Shown here: positions 1 to 9,679 of the stretch, in pieces
How the letters are laid out: each line of letters starts with the position of its first letter
Position numbering within the stretch: position 1 is the stretch's first letter
Assembly (NCBI GenBank): GCA_021208605.1
Contig: JAJOJK010000002.1
Span: 103,851 to 167,850, forward strand
Length of the DNA: 64,000 bases
Direction of reading: 5' to 3'
From: Candidatus Woesebacteria bacterium
GTDB taxonomy: Bacteria > Patescibacteriota > Microgenomatia > UBA1400 > UBA1396
Notes under the pieces: generated by a model
What the model saw: only the letters and a program-made list of their open reading frames with translations
Database searches by the model: none
Told to the model about the DNA's origin: nothing
Made by a program: the position numbers and the translations under genes

Positions 1-895
1 TGATAGTAAAAGCGAGCTGCTTTTTGAACTCCATTGGATTGGCGCCATTGGCCATTTGTACGTCCATGTCATCGATAACTTCGTCGGCCACATCAGTCAG
101 CAAACGGAAGTACTGCGTGATAATTTCATCGGTCACCGACATCAGTTTGCCGTACATCTCGCGCGGAGCTTCGGTTAACGCAATATAGTTGCCAAGCGAT
201 TTACCCATTTTGCGACCATCGGTGCCAATAAGCAGCGGCACTGCCAACACCCACTTTTCACGGTCTTTCATACTCTTGAGCATTTGTCGGCCGACCATCA
301 TGTTAAAGATTTGATCGGTTCCACCAATTTCCAGATCCACTTCCATGGCTACGGAGTCAAATCCTTGCAAAATTGGGTAGAGAATTTCGTGGGCGTGAAT
401 CGGGGCATTGTTTTTCAGACGCTCTTGGAACATATCGCGTTCCATCAGCTGCTGCACGGTCATATTAGAAAACAAGCGAATCAACTCGGAGAAATTCATC
501 TGGTCATACCACTCGCCATTGCGCCGTAAAGTGATCTTATCAAAATCAAGAATGGTGCTGGCCTGTTCTTTCCAGGTTTGGAAATTGGCTTCGATTTCTT
601 CGTCGGTGATCATGGGGCGAGTCTTATCTTTCCCGGTGGGATCACCAATTTTCACGGTGCCATTCCCTATCAACAAGATGACTTCATGTCCGAGTTCCGC
701 GAACTGCTGTAGCTTGCGCAGTACCACAGCATGGCCTAAATGGAGCTGATTGCCCGTAGGATCGATACCCAAATACAACCGAATTGAGCGTTGCTGCATC
801 TCGTTGGCCAATGCGTTCGCATTGGGCAAGATCTGATCAACGCCGCGGCGCAAGGCCAATTCGGGCGTGAGGGTATGTTTTGGTAAATCAGACAT
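1..895 (-). CDS. tyrS: Tyrosyl-tRNA synthetase (3' end runs off the window)
   Basis: Manual translation of the minus strand: GIDPTGNQLHLGH (HIGH motif), IGDPTGK, GGTDQ, DGRKMGKS (KMSKS motif). ATG at 895. Confidence 0.95.
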   Translation of the reverse strand, partial: MSDLPKHTLTPELALRRGVDQILPNANALANEMQQRSIRLYLGIDPTGNQLHLGHAVVLRKLQQFAELGHEVILLIGNGTVKIGDPTGKDKTRPMITDEEIEANFQTWKEQASTILDFDKITLRRNGEWYDQMNFSELIRLFSNMTVQQLMERDMFQERLKNNAPIHAHEILYPILQGFDSVAMEVDLEIGGTDQIFNMMVGRQMLKSMKDREKWVLAVPLLIGTDGRKMGKSLGNYIALTEAPREMYGKLMSVTDEIITQYFRLLTDVADEVIDDMDVQMANGANPMEFKKQLAFTI

Positions 896-966
896 AGGCG
901 TATTGTACCGGAAACTTTTTCATTTCGCAGGTTTTGCCAAAGATTTCAGCTTTCAACAGAAAACCT

Positions 967-1707
967 TTACGCCACTTTCTTCCACTCAGCTTTCATTAGA
1001 ATCGGAGCATACACATCATCTTCGAGCTCAATATGCAGCGCAGCCAATTCTGCTTCTGTGGGAGGGCGATCTTGAAATGTAATAGAGCGAATATCGTTTA
1101 CCACAGCAATGGGTGTTTGCTGGGCGCCTTCGCCCATTTCAAAAACCGCTGCCACCGCCAGAGCCTGATAGACACTCTCTTGTGTCATGCGCATTTCACG
1201 ACCATACAGATCCGGCGTGCCAATGAGCGTGTTCAGCGCTTTGAAGCCACAATGGGCCAGCGTGGCGCCAATCACTCCCCAATAGAGTGGCTGCGTGCGG
1301 CTATCGGTAATAATGACACCGAGCTCTTGCACGCCATACACTTCGCGCAAAAACGCCCATACTTCGTTCGCCACGCGTTGCGGATTTTCTGGCCACAATA
1401 CATAGCCTTCACGGGCATTCGATTCATCTATTCCAGCATTTACACACAACTGACCTTGCGTCACCGTGAGCATGATGTCGTATTTGGAGGAGGTTGGTTC
1501 GGTATACAGATCAGCTTCTTGGCGGATCAGATCATGTTTGGCAATCGATTGTGTAGAAACTACTCGACCTTGCGCCAAACTCACTATTTTTGAAGTAATC
1601 GCTACTACGGAACGCTCTGGGAGAGAATCGATGCTACCACGAAGAATTTCTTTCAGATCATCTCCGGCTTGCACAATCTGTGGTGTTCTCACTGCATGAA
1701 CTTGCAT
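967..1707 (-). CDS. CofE/F420-0:gamma-glutamyl ligase-like protein (putative folate-related glutamate ligase)
   Basis: ITSKIVS, NAGIDESN, GVIITDS, PDLYGR, MGEG..TP motifs of the CofE family. Start set at MQVHAV, 7 nt after TATAAT. Confidence 0.85.
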   Translation of the reverse strand: MQVHAVRTPQIVQAGDDLKEILRGSIDSLPERSVVAITSKIVSLAQGRVVSTQSIAKHDLIRQEADLYTEPTSSKYDIMLTVTQGQLCVNAGIDESNAREGYVLWPENPQRVANEVWAFLREVYGVQELGVIITDSRTQPLYWGVIGATLAHCGFKALNTLIGTPDLYGREMRMTQESVYQALAVAAVFEMGEGAQQTPIAVVNDIRSITFQDRPPTEAELAALHIELEDDVYAPILMKAEWKKVA

Positions 1708-1782
1708 ACGGGCTATTATACGCCATAGAAGGGCATACTTTTCGTATTGCATGCCTCTCGGTACCATGCCACAATACGCTGT

Positions 1783-2373
1783 ATGAGTATTTTCCAACGC
1801 ATGAGCGGTACGGTCCTTGATATTGTTGAGACGGTTGTTGTCGCTCTTTCCATTTTCTTGGTGGTGTATCTCTTTTTTATGCAACCACACCAGGTGAATG
1901 GACAATCCATGGAACCAACATTTCTGAGTGGAGAATATGTCTTGACCGATAAAGTTTCCTATCAAACCGGCGAACCCCGTCGCGGAGACGTTGTCGTTTT
2001 TCACGCCCCAGAAGCCGCTGGCTGTCCTCAAGGAACCGGTTGTGACTTCATTAAGCGCATCATCGGTCTTCCCGGCGACACCATTTCAGTGCACGACAAC
2101 GCTCTCTACATTAACGGTCAAGCCTTACCGGAACCCTACATTCCACCAGAAAACTACACCAAAGCTGGTGAGTTCACGCAAGGCGGTCGCGAAATCTACT
2201 TAGGAGAAAATGAGTACTTTGCCGTGGGAGACAATCGACCGTTCTCCTCTGACTCCCGTGTCTGGGGTCCCATCGGAAAACAAAACATTGTTGGTCGCGC
2301 CTTCTTGCGCTACTGGCCTCTGGAAAAAGTTGGCCTCATTCCCCGCGTTGCATACGAAGGCTTCTCTCGATAG
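1783..2373 (+). CDS. lepB: Signal peptidase I
   Basis: N-terminal TM helix, GQSMEPT (catalytic Ser), FIKRIIGLPGD (catalytic Lys), GDNR..SSDSR.WG. Confidence 0.95.
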   Translation: MSIFQRMSGTVLDIVETVVVALSIFLVVYLFFMQPHQVNGQSMEPTFLSGEYVLTDKVSYQTGEPRRGDVVVFHAPEAAGCPQGTGCDFIKRIIGLPGDTISVHDNALYINGQALPEPYIPPENYTKAGEFTQGGREIYLGENEYFAVGDNRPFSSDSRVWGPIGKQNIVGRAFLRYWPLEKVGLIPRVAYEGFSR

Positions 2374-2382
2374 GATACTCAC

Positions 2383-3369
2383 ATGACTTCCACATCTGAT
2401 ACTCCTAGAATTTTGGTGACTGGTGCTGGCGGCTTTGTGGGCCACCACTTGGTGGAGTACCTGAAAAAACAAGGTGCGTGGGTGCGAGGCGTCGATATTA
2501 AGAAACCTGAGTACAGTCAAACAAGCGCCGATGAGTTCCTGCTCTTAGATTTACGCGAAAAGCACAACGCCGAAACCGCCACAGCTGGTGTCGATCGAGT
2601 TTTCGCTCTCGCCGCCGATATGGGTGGCATGGGCTATATTTCATCACACGACGCCGTTATTCTGCACGACAACACACTCATTAACACGCACACTCTCGAA
2701 GCAGCTCGTAAAAACGGCGTGCAACGATACCTCTTCACTTCATCAGCCTGTGTCTACCCCGAAGAACGCCAAGAAATCACTGATTTAGCCCCCCTTAAAG
2801 AAGAGGATGCCTATCCCGCCAATCCGCAAGATGCCTACGGCTGGGAAAAACTGCTCGGAGAAAAATTTTGCCAATACTACCGGCAAGATCATGGATTAGA
2901 GACTCGCATTACACGTTTCCACAACATTTTCGGTCCACAAGGCACCTGGGATGGCGGACGCGAAAAAGCACCAGCCGCGCTCTGCCGCAAAATTGCCACG
3001 GCTAAACTCACCGGAAACCACGAAATTGAAATTTGGGGCGATGGCGAACAAACTCGCTCGTTTTGTTATGTGGACGACGCCGTAAAAGGTCTTCATCTCC
3101 TCATGAACTCAGACTACGCCGAACCACTCAACATTGGTCAAGACCGCATGGTCACCATCAATGAGCTGGCAGACAGTATCGCTGATATCGCTGGTATCTC
3201 GATCATCAAAAAGCATATTCCTGGTCCACAAGGAGTGCGCGGACGAAACTCCGATAACACTCGCCTCAAAAAAGTGTTGCAGTGGGAACCAGAAGTCTCT
3301 CTGGAAACAGGCCTCCGCCAAACATATGAGTGGATTGAGTCTCAGGTACAAAAACAGCTTGAATCGTAA
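2383..3369 (+). CDS. NAD-dependent epimerase, GDP-mannose 3,5-epimerase-like
   Basis: GAGGFVG, LAADMGGMGYI, YGWEK, GGREKAPAALCRK, GVRGRNSDN. Confidence 0.88.
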   Translation: MTSTSDTPRILVTGAGGFVGHHLVEYLKKQGAWVRGVDIKKPEYSQTSADEFLLLDLREKHNAETATAGVDRVFALAADMGGMGYISSHDAVILHDNTLINTHTLEAARKNGVQRYLFTSSACVYPEERQEITDLAPLKEEDAYPANPQDAYGWEKLLGEKFCQYYRQDHGLETRITRFHNIFGPQGTWDGGREKAPAALCRKIATAKLTGNHEIEIWGDGEQTRSFCYVDDAVKGLHLLMNSDYAEPLNIGQDRMVTINELADSIADIAGISIIKKHIPGPQGVRGRNSDNTRLKKVLQWEPEVSLETGLRQTYEWIESQVQKQLES

Positions 3370-3378
3370 AATAATTCT

Positions 3379-4182
3379 TTACGAAATTCCGCGCGAGTAC
3401 ATCCACGTCACTACCTGATTATGAAAACGGTGCAGCATGAGTTGCCACCGTGGCACTTGGTATTCTTGCGCCACTCGCCACTGTTCCGCTAAGCGTTGTC
3501 CAAAAAATTGCCCACCTTTCGAGTCTTCGTGCACTCGGAAAAGGGACCACACAAATGGAACAATTTTGGGTGCTCCGTAGGCCTGGTACAACCGCCACCA
3601 CCATTCGTAGTCCATCACTAAATCAAGATCTTCACGCAAATAGCCCACTTCGGTATGCACTTCACGGCGCCAAAACGTGCTCGGCTGAATATACGGATTA
3701 TTGACACCCAAAACAAAAGAAAATAACCTGGGGAACCACTGGACAACATCTCGTTGGGCACGTTTGTAGAGACGCACCAACTGATCCCGCGACTGACCAT
3801 GCGAATCAATCACATCATATTCACCCGTCACCCAAATCGTTTCTGGATACTGTCGAAACAACTCCGCCACTCCCCACAGTGTCCCTGGGAGCAAAATATC
3901 GTCGGCATTCAGGAATCCAATAATGTCACCACTCGCTTGACGAAATCCTTTGTTGAGAGCATCTGTTTGTCCATTATCGGGTTCAGAAACCCAGTGAATA
4001 GCCTCATCATACTGTTGGAGTATATCTACTGAGGCGTCGGTCGAGCCGCCATCCATGACCAATATTTCTAAAAACGGATAGTTTTGCCGCAACAAACTGA
4101 CAATGGCCTGCTCCAAGAAGTGTCCCTGGTTGTAGTTCGGCATGACGATGCTGATACTGGGATACATGTCTTCTGCTGCCAT
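3379..4182 (-). CDS. Glycosyltransferase family 2
   Basis: ISIVMPNYN, DGGSTD, FLNADD motifs. Confidence 0.9.
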   Translation of the reverse strand: MAAEDMYPSISIVMPNYNQGHFLEQAIVSLLRQNYPFLEILVMDGGSTDASVDILQQYDEAIHWVSEPDNGQTDALNKGFRQASGDIIGFLNADDILLPGTLWGVAELFRQYPETIWVTGEYDVIDSHGQSRDQLVRLYKRAQRDVVQWFPRLFSFVLGVNNPYIQPSTFWRREVHTEVGYLREDLDLVMDYEWWWRLYQAYGAPKIVPFVWSLFRVHEDSKGGQFFGQRLAEQWRVAQEYQVPRWQLMLHRFHNQVVTWMYSRGIS

Positions 4183-4565
4183 TACGACTGCTTCCTCGTT
4201 TTTTGCCGATCCTCGCGGATGTGCACTCGCTCTCGTTCCCATTCGGCTGCCTGAATAGCATGTAACCGAATCAAGCGAGACACTTTTTCTTCTAAACGCA
4301 ACACGTGCAAGCGAGTACTCAGCGTGATACTGGTCACAATCACAAAAGCGATGATTACTAATAAATCAAATACTCGGCCAATATGGAGTGCATCGGCCAC
4401 ACCCTGGAGCAAACTCGGCATCAAGGCTAGCAGAATAAATCCACTCCAAACCGCTACCCAAGAACCAAACTCCAATGAACCCAAGTGCTGTTTCCGGTAA
4501 TGAATCCGCAACACATACAACATGCCCACCGCAAAAAAAGCCATCGCTACTTGAAAAAGAATCAT
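4182..4565 (-). CDS. DUF2304-like small membrane protein
   Basis: Three hydrophobic segments, then GR..D and LEEKVSRLIR..AI. This family is often next to GT2 genes. Confidence 0.75.
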   Translation of the reverse strand: MILFQVAMAFFAVGMLYVLRIHYRKQHLGSLEFGSWVAVWSGFILLALMPSLLQGVADALHIGRVFDLLVIIAFVIVTSITLSTRLHVLRLEEKVSRLIRLHAIQAAEWERERVHIREDRQKTRKQS

Positions 4566-4608
4566 TGCGCTCAGGGTATCATATCTGCAAAGAAAGTCTA
4601 GCTCGCAG

Positions 4609-6036
4609 CTACCGCGCCGAGTCCTGTGAAAACCGCTCGGTGAGATCTGTGAGCCAGATAAAACAGACTCCTAAAATGGGAAGAATAGCTCGATCCATGG
4701 CTTGGCGCGCCTCGACCCAGCGCTCGCCAAATACCACATGGAGCGCAATCATGCCAGCCAGGAGGAATACCAGCCAAATACCGGCCATCCCAGTCCAGAG
4801 AGTCCATTCTTTGGGCCAACGGTTTTTTACCCGCCAAAAAACAATGACCGCAAAAACCAAAAGCACTATCCACGGCAAAGCCGGTGAAAAGAGCCAATGT
4901 CCGAGTTCTTCTTGGAAGGCATTCCACAGGGCAAGGGGCGTTTGGCTCAAAAGTGATTCAGCTAAGGCGGAAACAGATCGATCTTCGTCAGTCGTTCCCG
5001 TAAGAGCGACGGCCCACGATCGCTCAGCAAACCATACCGCTACACTTACGGCCGGTAATATCCACAGAGCTGCCAAGGACTGCATGCTTTTCACAATTTT
5101 CATCCCCTGGAATTTAACCAGATAAGCAAAACCAAACAGCGAAAATAGCAACGCTCCGAACCAGTAATACTCCGTAATGCGGGCGCTCACCGAACCTAAA
5201 ACGAGCGCTCCAAGCACGCCCCAGTCAATGAAGGTCACGTCTAACCACTTGTGGCGGCGAATTCGTTCTGTTATCCACAGGAGTCCCAACACCCAAAAGA
5301 GGGCCGAAGGATACGCACCATAGCCTTCGGTCAATGACACAAACAATGCCGGCATAGAGAGCCAAAGAAATGGCCACACGAGCCTGCTCTGCCAGCTTTT
5401 CCACAACTGCCAACCCGCTCCAAGTACACAAAGTAATAGAACAGAATACAGCAACAGAACCATACGAGCTCCAGACTGGTACGCCAAAGCCCACCAGAGG
5501 CTACTGGTAATGGGGTGCAAAAAGTCATAGGCTCGATACTCTTCCATACGCGCAAACTGACCAGCAAAATCAGCCAGCTGCCAGCCATCGACTACTCGCT
5601 GCGCGCGGAAGTCATACAACGCAACTGCATCCCATGACACGGGTGTAATGGTCAGTTGCCAAACAAATGCTATACCAACCGCCAACGCGATAGCCGCTCC
5701 CATATACAATAACGGCCAAGCAGAAAATGGTAGCGAGAGTTGCGTTAGTTTGTTGGCCACTTCCTTGAGCTCTTTCTGCGCTCCTTTCCAGAGTGAAACG
5801 GTGTTCGATACCGCCCCATACTTCCACTGCACCCAACCAGCCGACATCAGTACGAGTAACCACCATACCAAGGTACTCATCAGAAATGGAATTGTCGCCG
5901 ACCACGTCAAAAACAAATACAGTCCGGTCAAACTTAGGCCCACCGGATAGGCAAACCACAGTTCAAACGATGTAAGTTGACGACGAAACGCAGTTCGTAA
6001 AAGAGACCAACCCAGTAAAAACATGGCCAAAATCAC
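4609..6036 (-). CDS. Polytopic membrane protein, probable GT-C glycosyltransferase
   Basis: More than 10 TM segments and a WDAVALY loop. True start may be ATG 6049 (ATGA overlap) if the A8 run at 6038-6045 has one extra base. Confidence 0.65.
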   Translation of the reverse strand: MILAMFLLGWSLLRTAFRRQLTSFELWFAYPVGLSLTGLYLFLTWSATIPFLMSTLVWWLLVLMSAGWVQWKYGAVSNTVSLWKGAQKELKEVANKLTQLSLPFSAWPLLYMGAAIALAVGIAFVWQLTITPVSWDAVALYDFRAQRVVDGWQLADFAGQFARMEEYRAYDFLHPITSSLWWALAYQSGARMVLLLYSVLLLCVLGAGWQLWKSWQSRLVWPFLWLSMPALFVSLTEGYGAYPSALFWVLGLLWITERIRRHKWLDVTFIDWGVLGALVLGSVSARITEYYWFGALLFSLFGFAYLVKFQGMKIVKSMQSLAALWILPAVSVAVWFAERSWAVALTGTTDEDRSVSALAESLLSQTPLALWNAFQEELGHWLFSPALPWIVLLVFAVIVFWRVKNRWPKEWTLWTGMAGIWLVFLLAGMIALHVVFGERWVEARQAMDRAILPILGVCFIWLTDLTERFSQDSAR

Positions 6037-6045
6037 GAAAAAAAA

Positions 6046-6516
6046 TCATTGCACCACCCTTTCCGCTTCCAAAGAGACGCGTTCAATATATGGTGGCAGT
6101 GTTTCTTGATACAGCACTTGCTCGGGGTGCCAAAACATGACTCCCCGCTCATCAATAGCCACATTCTCGAGACTGGCTATTTCAAATTGTCCATTTGAAA
6201 CTGCGCGTAAAAGCGGAGCGTTGTTTCCGATTGCGTATCGATACGGTTTTTCCGGCACAACGATGAGAGAATACTTTCCATCTCTGGAAATTTGCGCCAC
6301 TTTTGTTTGTAAAAGTGCCATTTCGGAACCGAAAATAGCTGCCCGTTGTTCGTCTTGTGGCAATCCAGCAAATGAAAGTACTTCTCGCCACTTCGCATGA
6401 ACTTGCCCCAGCCATCCGGAGCCAAAATTCAGACCCCAAACCAAAAGAAGTATCCACAACCAAGAGAGTGTCAACCAACTGGGAAAATGTCGTTCTTTTT
6501 TACGAAAATCAGCCAT
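6046..6516 (-). CDS. Hypothetical membrane-anchored protein
   Basis: 156-aa ORF with an N-terminal TM segment, packed tightly in the operon. Confidence 0.65.
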   Translation of the reverse strand: MADFRKKERHFPSWLTLSWLWILLLVWGLNFGSGWLGQVHAKWREVLSFAGLPQDEQRAAIFGSEMALLQTKVAQISRDGKYSLIVVPEKPYRYAIGNNAPLLRAVSNGQFEIASLENVAIDERGVMFWHPEQVLYQETLPPYIERVSLEAERVVQ

Positions 6517-6518
6517 AC

Positions 6519-7124
6519 CTAGGATTCATTGTAGCGGAAATAGCGACGAATATCGTGCGTGTTAAATCCAATATCGAGCAATCGTTTATTGATCTCGGCA
6601 TCATTGAGGTCTTTTTTGCGCCACATGGCAGAAAGCGACTCGATGCTTTCACGAGTTTCGTACGGATAAATAATCCAGGTATCAAGTTGCGCTGCCACAA
6701 AGTCTGGTTGCACCGAAGCCCACGACTTAGAAATGAGCGAAGCAATACTCACCGAAGCCGCATCATACTGATCGAGTAATAACGGGCGAATAAATTCCAG
6801 GGTTTTCCCGGTATCGACAATATCCTCAAACACCAAAAGGTGCTCACCGGTGACATCCACCGCCAGAGGCTGCAAAATCGTGGGTTCTTCTTCGCGTTTG
6901 TTGATGTCAGCATAGAAAGCCGTCTGCAAAAGACTGATCTTCTTCATTCCTAAGCGATCACCAAAGTGACGAGCCATGGTCAGCCCGCCGTTAGCGATGG
7001 CGATAATGCGGTCGTATGATCCGCCCCCGTTGGCAACCTCCTCAGCCACCGTTTCGGTAAGTGCGGCGATGTCATCCCAAGTGATGAGTGTGAAGTGCGT
7101 AGAATCGATTTGTGTATGTTTCAT
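6519..7124 (-). CDS. Type I phosphoribosyltransferase (purine PRT-like)
   Basis: ITWDDI, IANGG, PRPP-binding LVFEDIVDTGKT, WIIYPYE. Confidence 0.88.
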   Translation of the reverse strand: MKHTQIDSTHFTLITWDDIAALTETVAEEVANGGGSYDRIIAIANGGLTMARHFGDRLGMKKISLLQTAFYADINKREEEPTILQPLAVDVTGEHLLVFEDIVDTGKTLEFIRPLLLDQYDAASVSIASLISKSWASVQPDFVAAQLDTWIIYPYETRESIESLSAMWRKKDLNDAEINKRLLDIGFNTHDIRRYFRYNES

Positions 7125-7213
7125 GGGTGAGCTTTCTAATACCTACTTCGTGGGAGTGCACGTAGTATACAAGTTTTCGTCATCGTAGGGTACAATACAA
7201 CTCTTAGCCACTA

Positions 7214-7288
7214 CGGGATGTAGCTCAGATGGCTTAGAGCGCGCGCTTTGGGAGCGCGAGGTCGCTGGTTCGAGTCCAGTCATCCCGA
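7214..7288 (+). tRNA. tRNA-Pro (TGG), CCA not encoded
   Basis: Acceptor stem CGGGATG/CATCCCG, anticodon arm CGCGC-TTTGGGA-GCGCG, GGTTCGAGTCC T-arm. Confidence 0.97.
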
Positions 7289-7430
7289 CATTCAAGGACA
7301 GAAGGCAGTTTTGCGATGGTTTCAAACTTAGGATTCCATTGGTGATTCAATACTTTTTTGTCCTTTATAGTAAAGTTCAAAAAGACCATTCGAATGATAC
7401 TGTCCGTTGCAAGGTGATTATCACTTGTTT

Positions 7431-8948
7431 TCAGAGTAGAAACGATGTTTTGATAAAGTTCGAAAAGTCTGTGTAGGACATCACTTTTTCTTTGAGTAAA
7501 GATTGAGCATCAACTCGCTGGCTCTTTACCTGTGCCAGTTTAGCTTCTAATTGCTCGATTTCATCCCTGGCTTGGAGTATTTTTTCTCTTGCTACCTTGA
7601 TTGACTTGTCATCACCCTCAAGTCTAACCACGATAAGTTGTTGGTCTGAAATAATTGTTTCCAGGTCGTTTATTTGTTTGGAAATAGAGCGTTGGTCGCT
7701 TTCCAACTCTTTGGCAGAGCTAACTAGTTGTCTTTTGGCATCAGCAACATACTGATTGTAGGCTTTTTCGTCTATACCGATGCCACCTGCTAATACCTCA
7801 TAAACATACTCAAAAACAACTTTTGCCCTGATTTCTCGTAAGCCTTTTACTGTATGGGAATAACAACCGCCAGTGGAACACTTTATTCGCAAATAGGTGA
7901 TGAGTGACTCTGGTTTATTTTTGTTGAGATACGTTGTCATCAAGTTACCGCAGTACCCACACACCACCATCTGGTCTAGCAGTGGCGTTGCCTTGTCCTG
8001 AGCCTTCTTATAGCCCTTTTTACCGTCCAGAATGTTTCGCAAGCGTAAGTAGTCCAGATATGACACCGCAGGTGTAAATAAGTGGTCGAACTTAGTCAGG
8101 TCAACCATATTTTTCCCATACACGTAGTAACCAGTATAGGAGGGGTCGAGAAACATTGCGGAGACTAGTTGTTTTGTCATCCTGGTTTTTTCACCGTTTT
8201 GGCTATAGTTATTTTCGTTGAGGTGAGATGCAATTTCATCTTGTGACGTGCCCTCGATACCCATCTGAAACGCTTGCTTGATAAGCTCAAAATTGTTGCC
8301 ATCTGGGCGTTGACGTTTATTGACTACTTTGTAGCCACGTAGAGCCTTGTTACCGATAGCTTTGCCCTCACCGATAATGTTTTCGTTTCCTCTTGAAACA
8401 TTGATAGACAAGTTGTCACTATAGGCTTTGGCAAGTAAGAACTGTAAGCCGAGGGTCATTAGCCCATTGGGGTCACGCTGAAATGAAAACTGTGGAAACT
8501 TGAGGTCTTTGATAATGCCTCGGTCAATCAGGTCAATAATTTCACCTGCATCCTTCATATTTCGACCCAATCGGTCAGGATGCCAGCAGATGATAGCGTT
8601 ATATGATTTCTTAGACTTGATTTCATCCATCATTTCTTCAAACACTTCACGATTTGCCGATTTTCGGGCTGATTTTTCTTCCTTGAGAATATCTACCACC
8701 TTCAACCCTTCTCGTTTGGCTAAGGCTTTACAGTCCTTGATTTGGTCTGGAATGGAGCGTTCTTGGCGTTCTACTTGCTTTCCATCTTGGTTTTTCTTTT
8801 TACCCTTTGTGGACTTGCGAGCATAGATGACATAGACAGGTGGCTTGTCATCGGGAAGGGGTTTACCTGCCTTTTCTAAGCGGTCAAAAACAATCCGTTG
8901 AGCAATTTCAAAGACCTGCTGTTTATACTCTTGGTTATTATCTGGCAT
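7431..8948 (-). CDS. Large serine recombinase (resolvase, recombinase, Zn-ribbon and coiled-coil domains); probably extends to 7234 past a 1-nt indel
   Basis: YVIYARKS (catalytic Ser), SIPDQ, KSAR..NR..F, WHPDRLGRN, CGYCG...C....C. The -1 frame after the T4 run (7448-7451) stays open for 70 codons, to TAA at 7234-7236. Confidence 0.92.
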   Translation of the reverse strand: MPDNNQEYKQQVFEIAQRIVFDRLEKAGKPLPDDKPPVYVIYARKSTKGKKKNQDGKQVERQERSIPDQIKDCKALAKREGLKVVDILKEEKSARKSANREVFEEMMDEIKSKKSYNAIICWHPDRLGRNMKDAGEIIDLIDRGIIKDLKFPQFSFQRDPNGLMTLGLQFLLAKAYSDNLSINVSRGNENIIGEGKAIGNKALRGYKVVNKRQRPDGNNFELIKQAFQMGIEGTSQDEIASHLNENNYSQNGEKTRMTKQLVSAMFLDPSYTGYYVYGKNMVDLTKFDHLFTPAVSYLDYLRLRNILDGKKGYKKAQDKATPLLDQMVVCGYCGNLMTTYLNKNKPESLITYLRIKCSTGGCYSHTVKGLREIRAKVVFEYVYEVLAGGIGIDEKAYNQYVADAKRQLVSSAKELESDQRSISKQINDLETIISDQQLIVVRLEGDDKSIKVAREKILQARDEIEQLEAKLAQVKSQRVDAQSLLKEKVMSYTDFSNFIKTSFLL

Positions 8949-8995
8949 CGGTTATTATCTCTCGATTTATCTATGTCTATTATATCGCCAGATAC

Positions 8996-9021
8996 AAAAA
9001 GAGCCGAGGGTGAGTCGGCTC
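8996..9021 (-). terminator. Rho-independent terminator after the small-ORF cluster
   Basis: Minus strand reads GAGCCGA-7 nt-TCGGCTC-TTTTT. Confidence 0.75.
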
Positions 9022-9041
9022 CTTGCATAGAACAAGACTCA

Positions 9042-9170
9042 TTACTTTGTTCTATCGTGGTCGTTGATTTGGGCGTATGTAGCGTCTTCTGGAAGTCCTC
9101 TTTCTTGAGCTAGTTGTTTTCTACGAATCTCACTATCGTGGTCGTTGATTTGGGACATTACTTCTGACAT
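9042..9170 (-). CDS. 42-aa small protein with internal QINDHD repeat (not in the ORF track)
   Basis: MSEVMSQINDHDSEIRRKQLAQERGLPEDATYAQINDHDRTK*. AAGGAG RBS upstream, terminator downstream. Confidence 0.7.
   Translation of the reverse strand: MSEVMSQINDHDSEIRRKQLAQERGLPEDATYAQINDHDRTK
9052..9154. repeat. 22-bp direct repeat CTATCGTGGTCGTTGATTTGGG, two copies 81 bp apart
   Basis: Exact copies at 9052-9073 and 9133-9154; the spacing is in frame (27 codons). Confidence 0.95.
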
Positions 9171-9187
9171 AAGATTATCTCCTTTTT

Positions 9188-9616
9188 TTAGTTTGTAACT
9201 TGTTGCATTATACCATTTTTTATGTCTCTTGGGGCATAACGACCAATACCAAGTAGTGTTTCACCAATTTCAATTAGTTCGTGAGCGTAGGCTTTTTTCT
9301 GTTCCTCAGTCATACTCGAGAAGGTAGTCTCAGTGACGGTTTTGGTAGGTTTGAAGCGGTCAAGTTCCTCTGAAATGAGGTTGTCTAGTACGTTGCTCTG
9401 GGTAACTTCCACACTCTTTACATCTGGCAGTGTTTTATTGAGCAGTGTTTTACACGCTCCCAGAGCTACATTTTCGTTCTTGCTTTTGGATAGCTCTACT
9501 AATCGCTGTATCACTTCATCAGCGTAGCTACTGATTGAGCTATACAAGGCTTGTTTGCTAGTTGGCTTACGCTTAGCCTTCATTGTTTCAATTGGGGACG
9601 TTGCGTCCCTTTTCAC
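9188..9616 (-). CDS. Hypothetical helical protein of the element
   Basis: 142-aa ORF. LVELSKSKNENVALGACKTLLNKTLPDVKSVE recalls phage small-terminase-like proteins (impression only). Confidence 0.65.
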   Translation of the reverse strand: MKRDATSPIETMKAKRKPTSKQALYSSISSYADEVIQRLVELSKSKNENVALGACKTLLNKTLPDVKSVEVTQSNVLDNLISEELDRFKPTKTVTETTFSSMTEEQKKAYAHELIEIGETLLGIGRYAPRDIKNGIMQQVTN

Positions 9617-9679
9617 TCCCTATCATTTTATCTGGTAAGTTATCTCATTGATACTATAGTTCATACAAAGTTGTGCTTA

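Noticed and set aside
1708-2031. N-terminal extension of the 354-aa ORF (also similar extensions of murB, murE and rsmH)
   Set aside because: Overlaps real neighbouring genes; family motifs start at downstream ATGs.
4475-5125. Long antisense ORFs (also 56923-57501, 58252-58824, 39129-39704)
   Set aside because: Opposite to or overlapping well-supported genes and without recognisable motifs.
7125-7170. Purine riboswitch upstream of the phosphoribosyltransferase gene
   Set aside because: The space between TATACT and ATG is about 40 nt, too short, and no aptamer motif is present.
7143-7325. 60-aa ORF MKPSQ...GMTGLEPATS
   Set aside because: Typical antisense-tRNA shadow ORF, and in a different frame from the recombinase extension.
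9052-9154. 22-bp direct repeat as a CRISPR array
   Set aside because: Only two copies, a 59-bp gap and no cas genes; explained by an in-frame peptide repeat.
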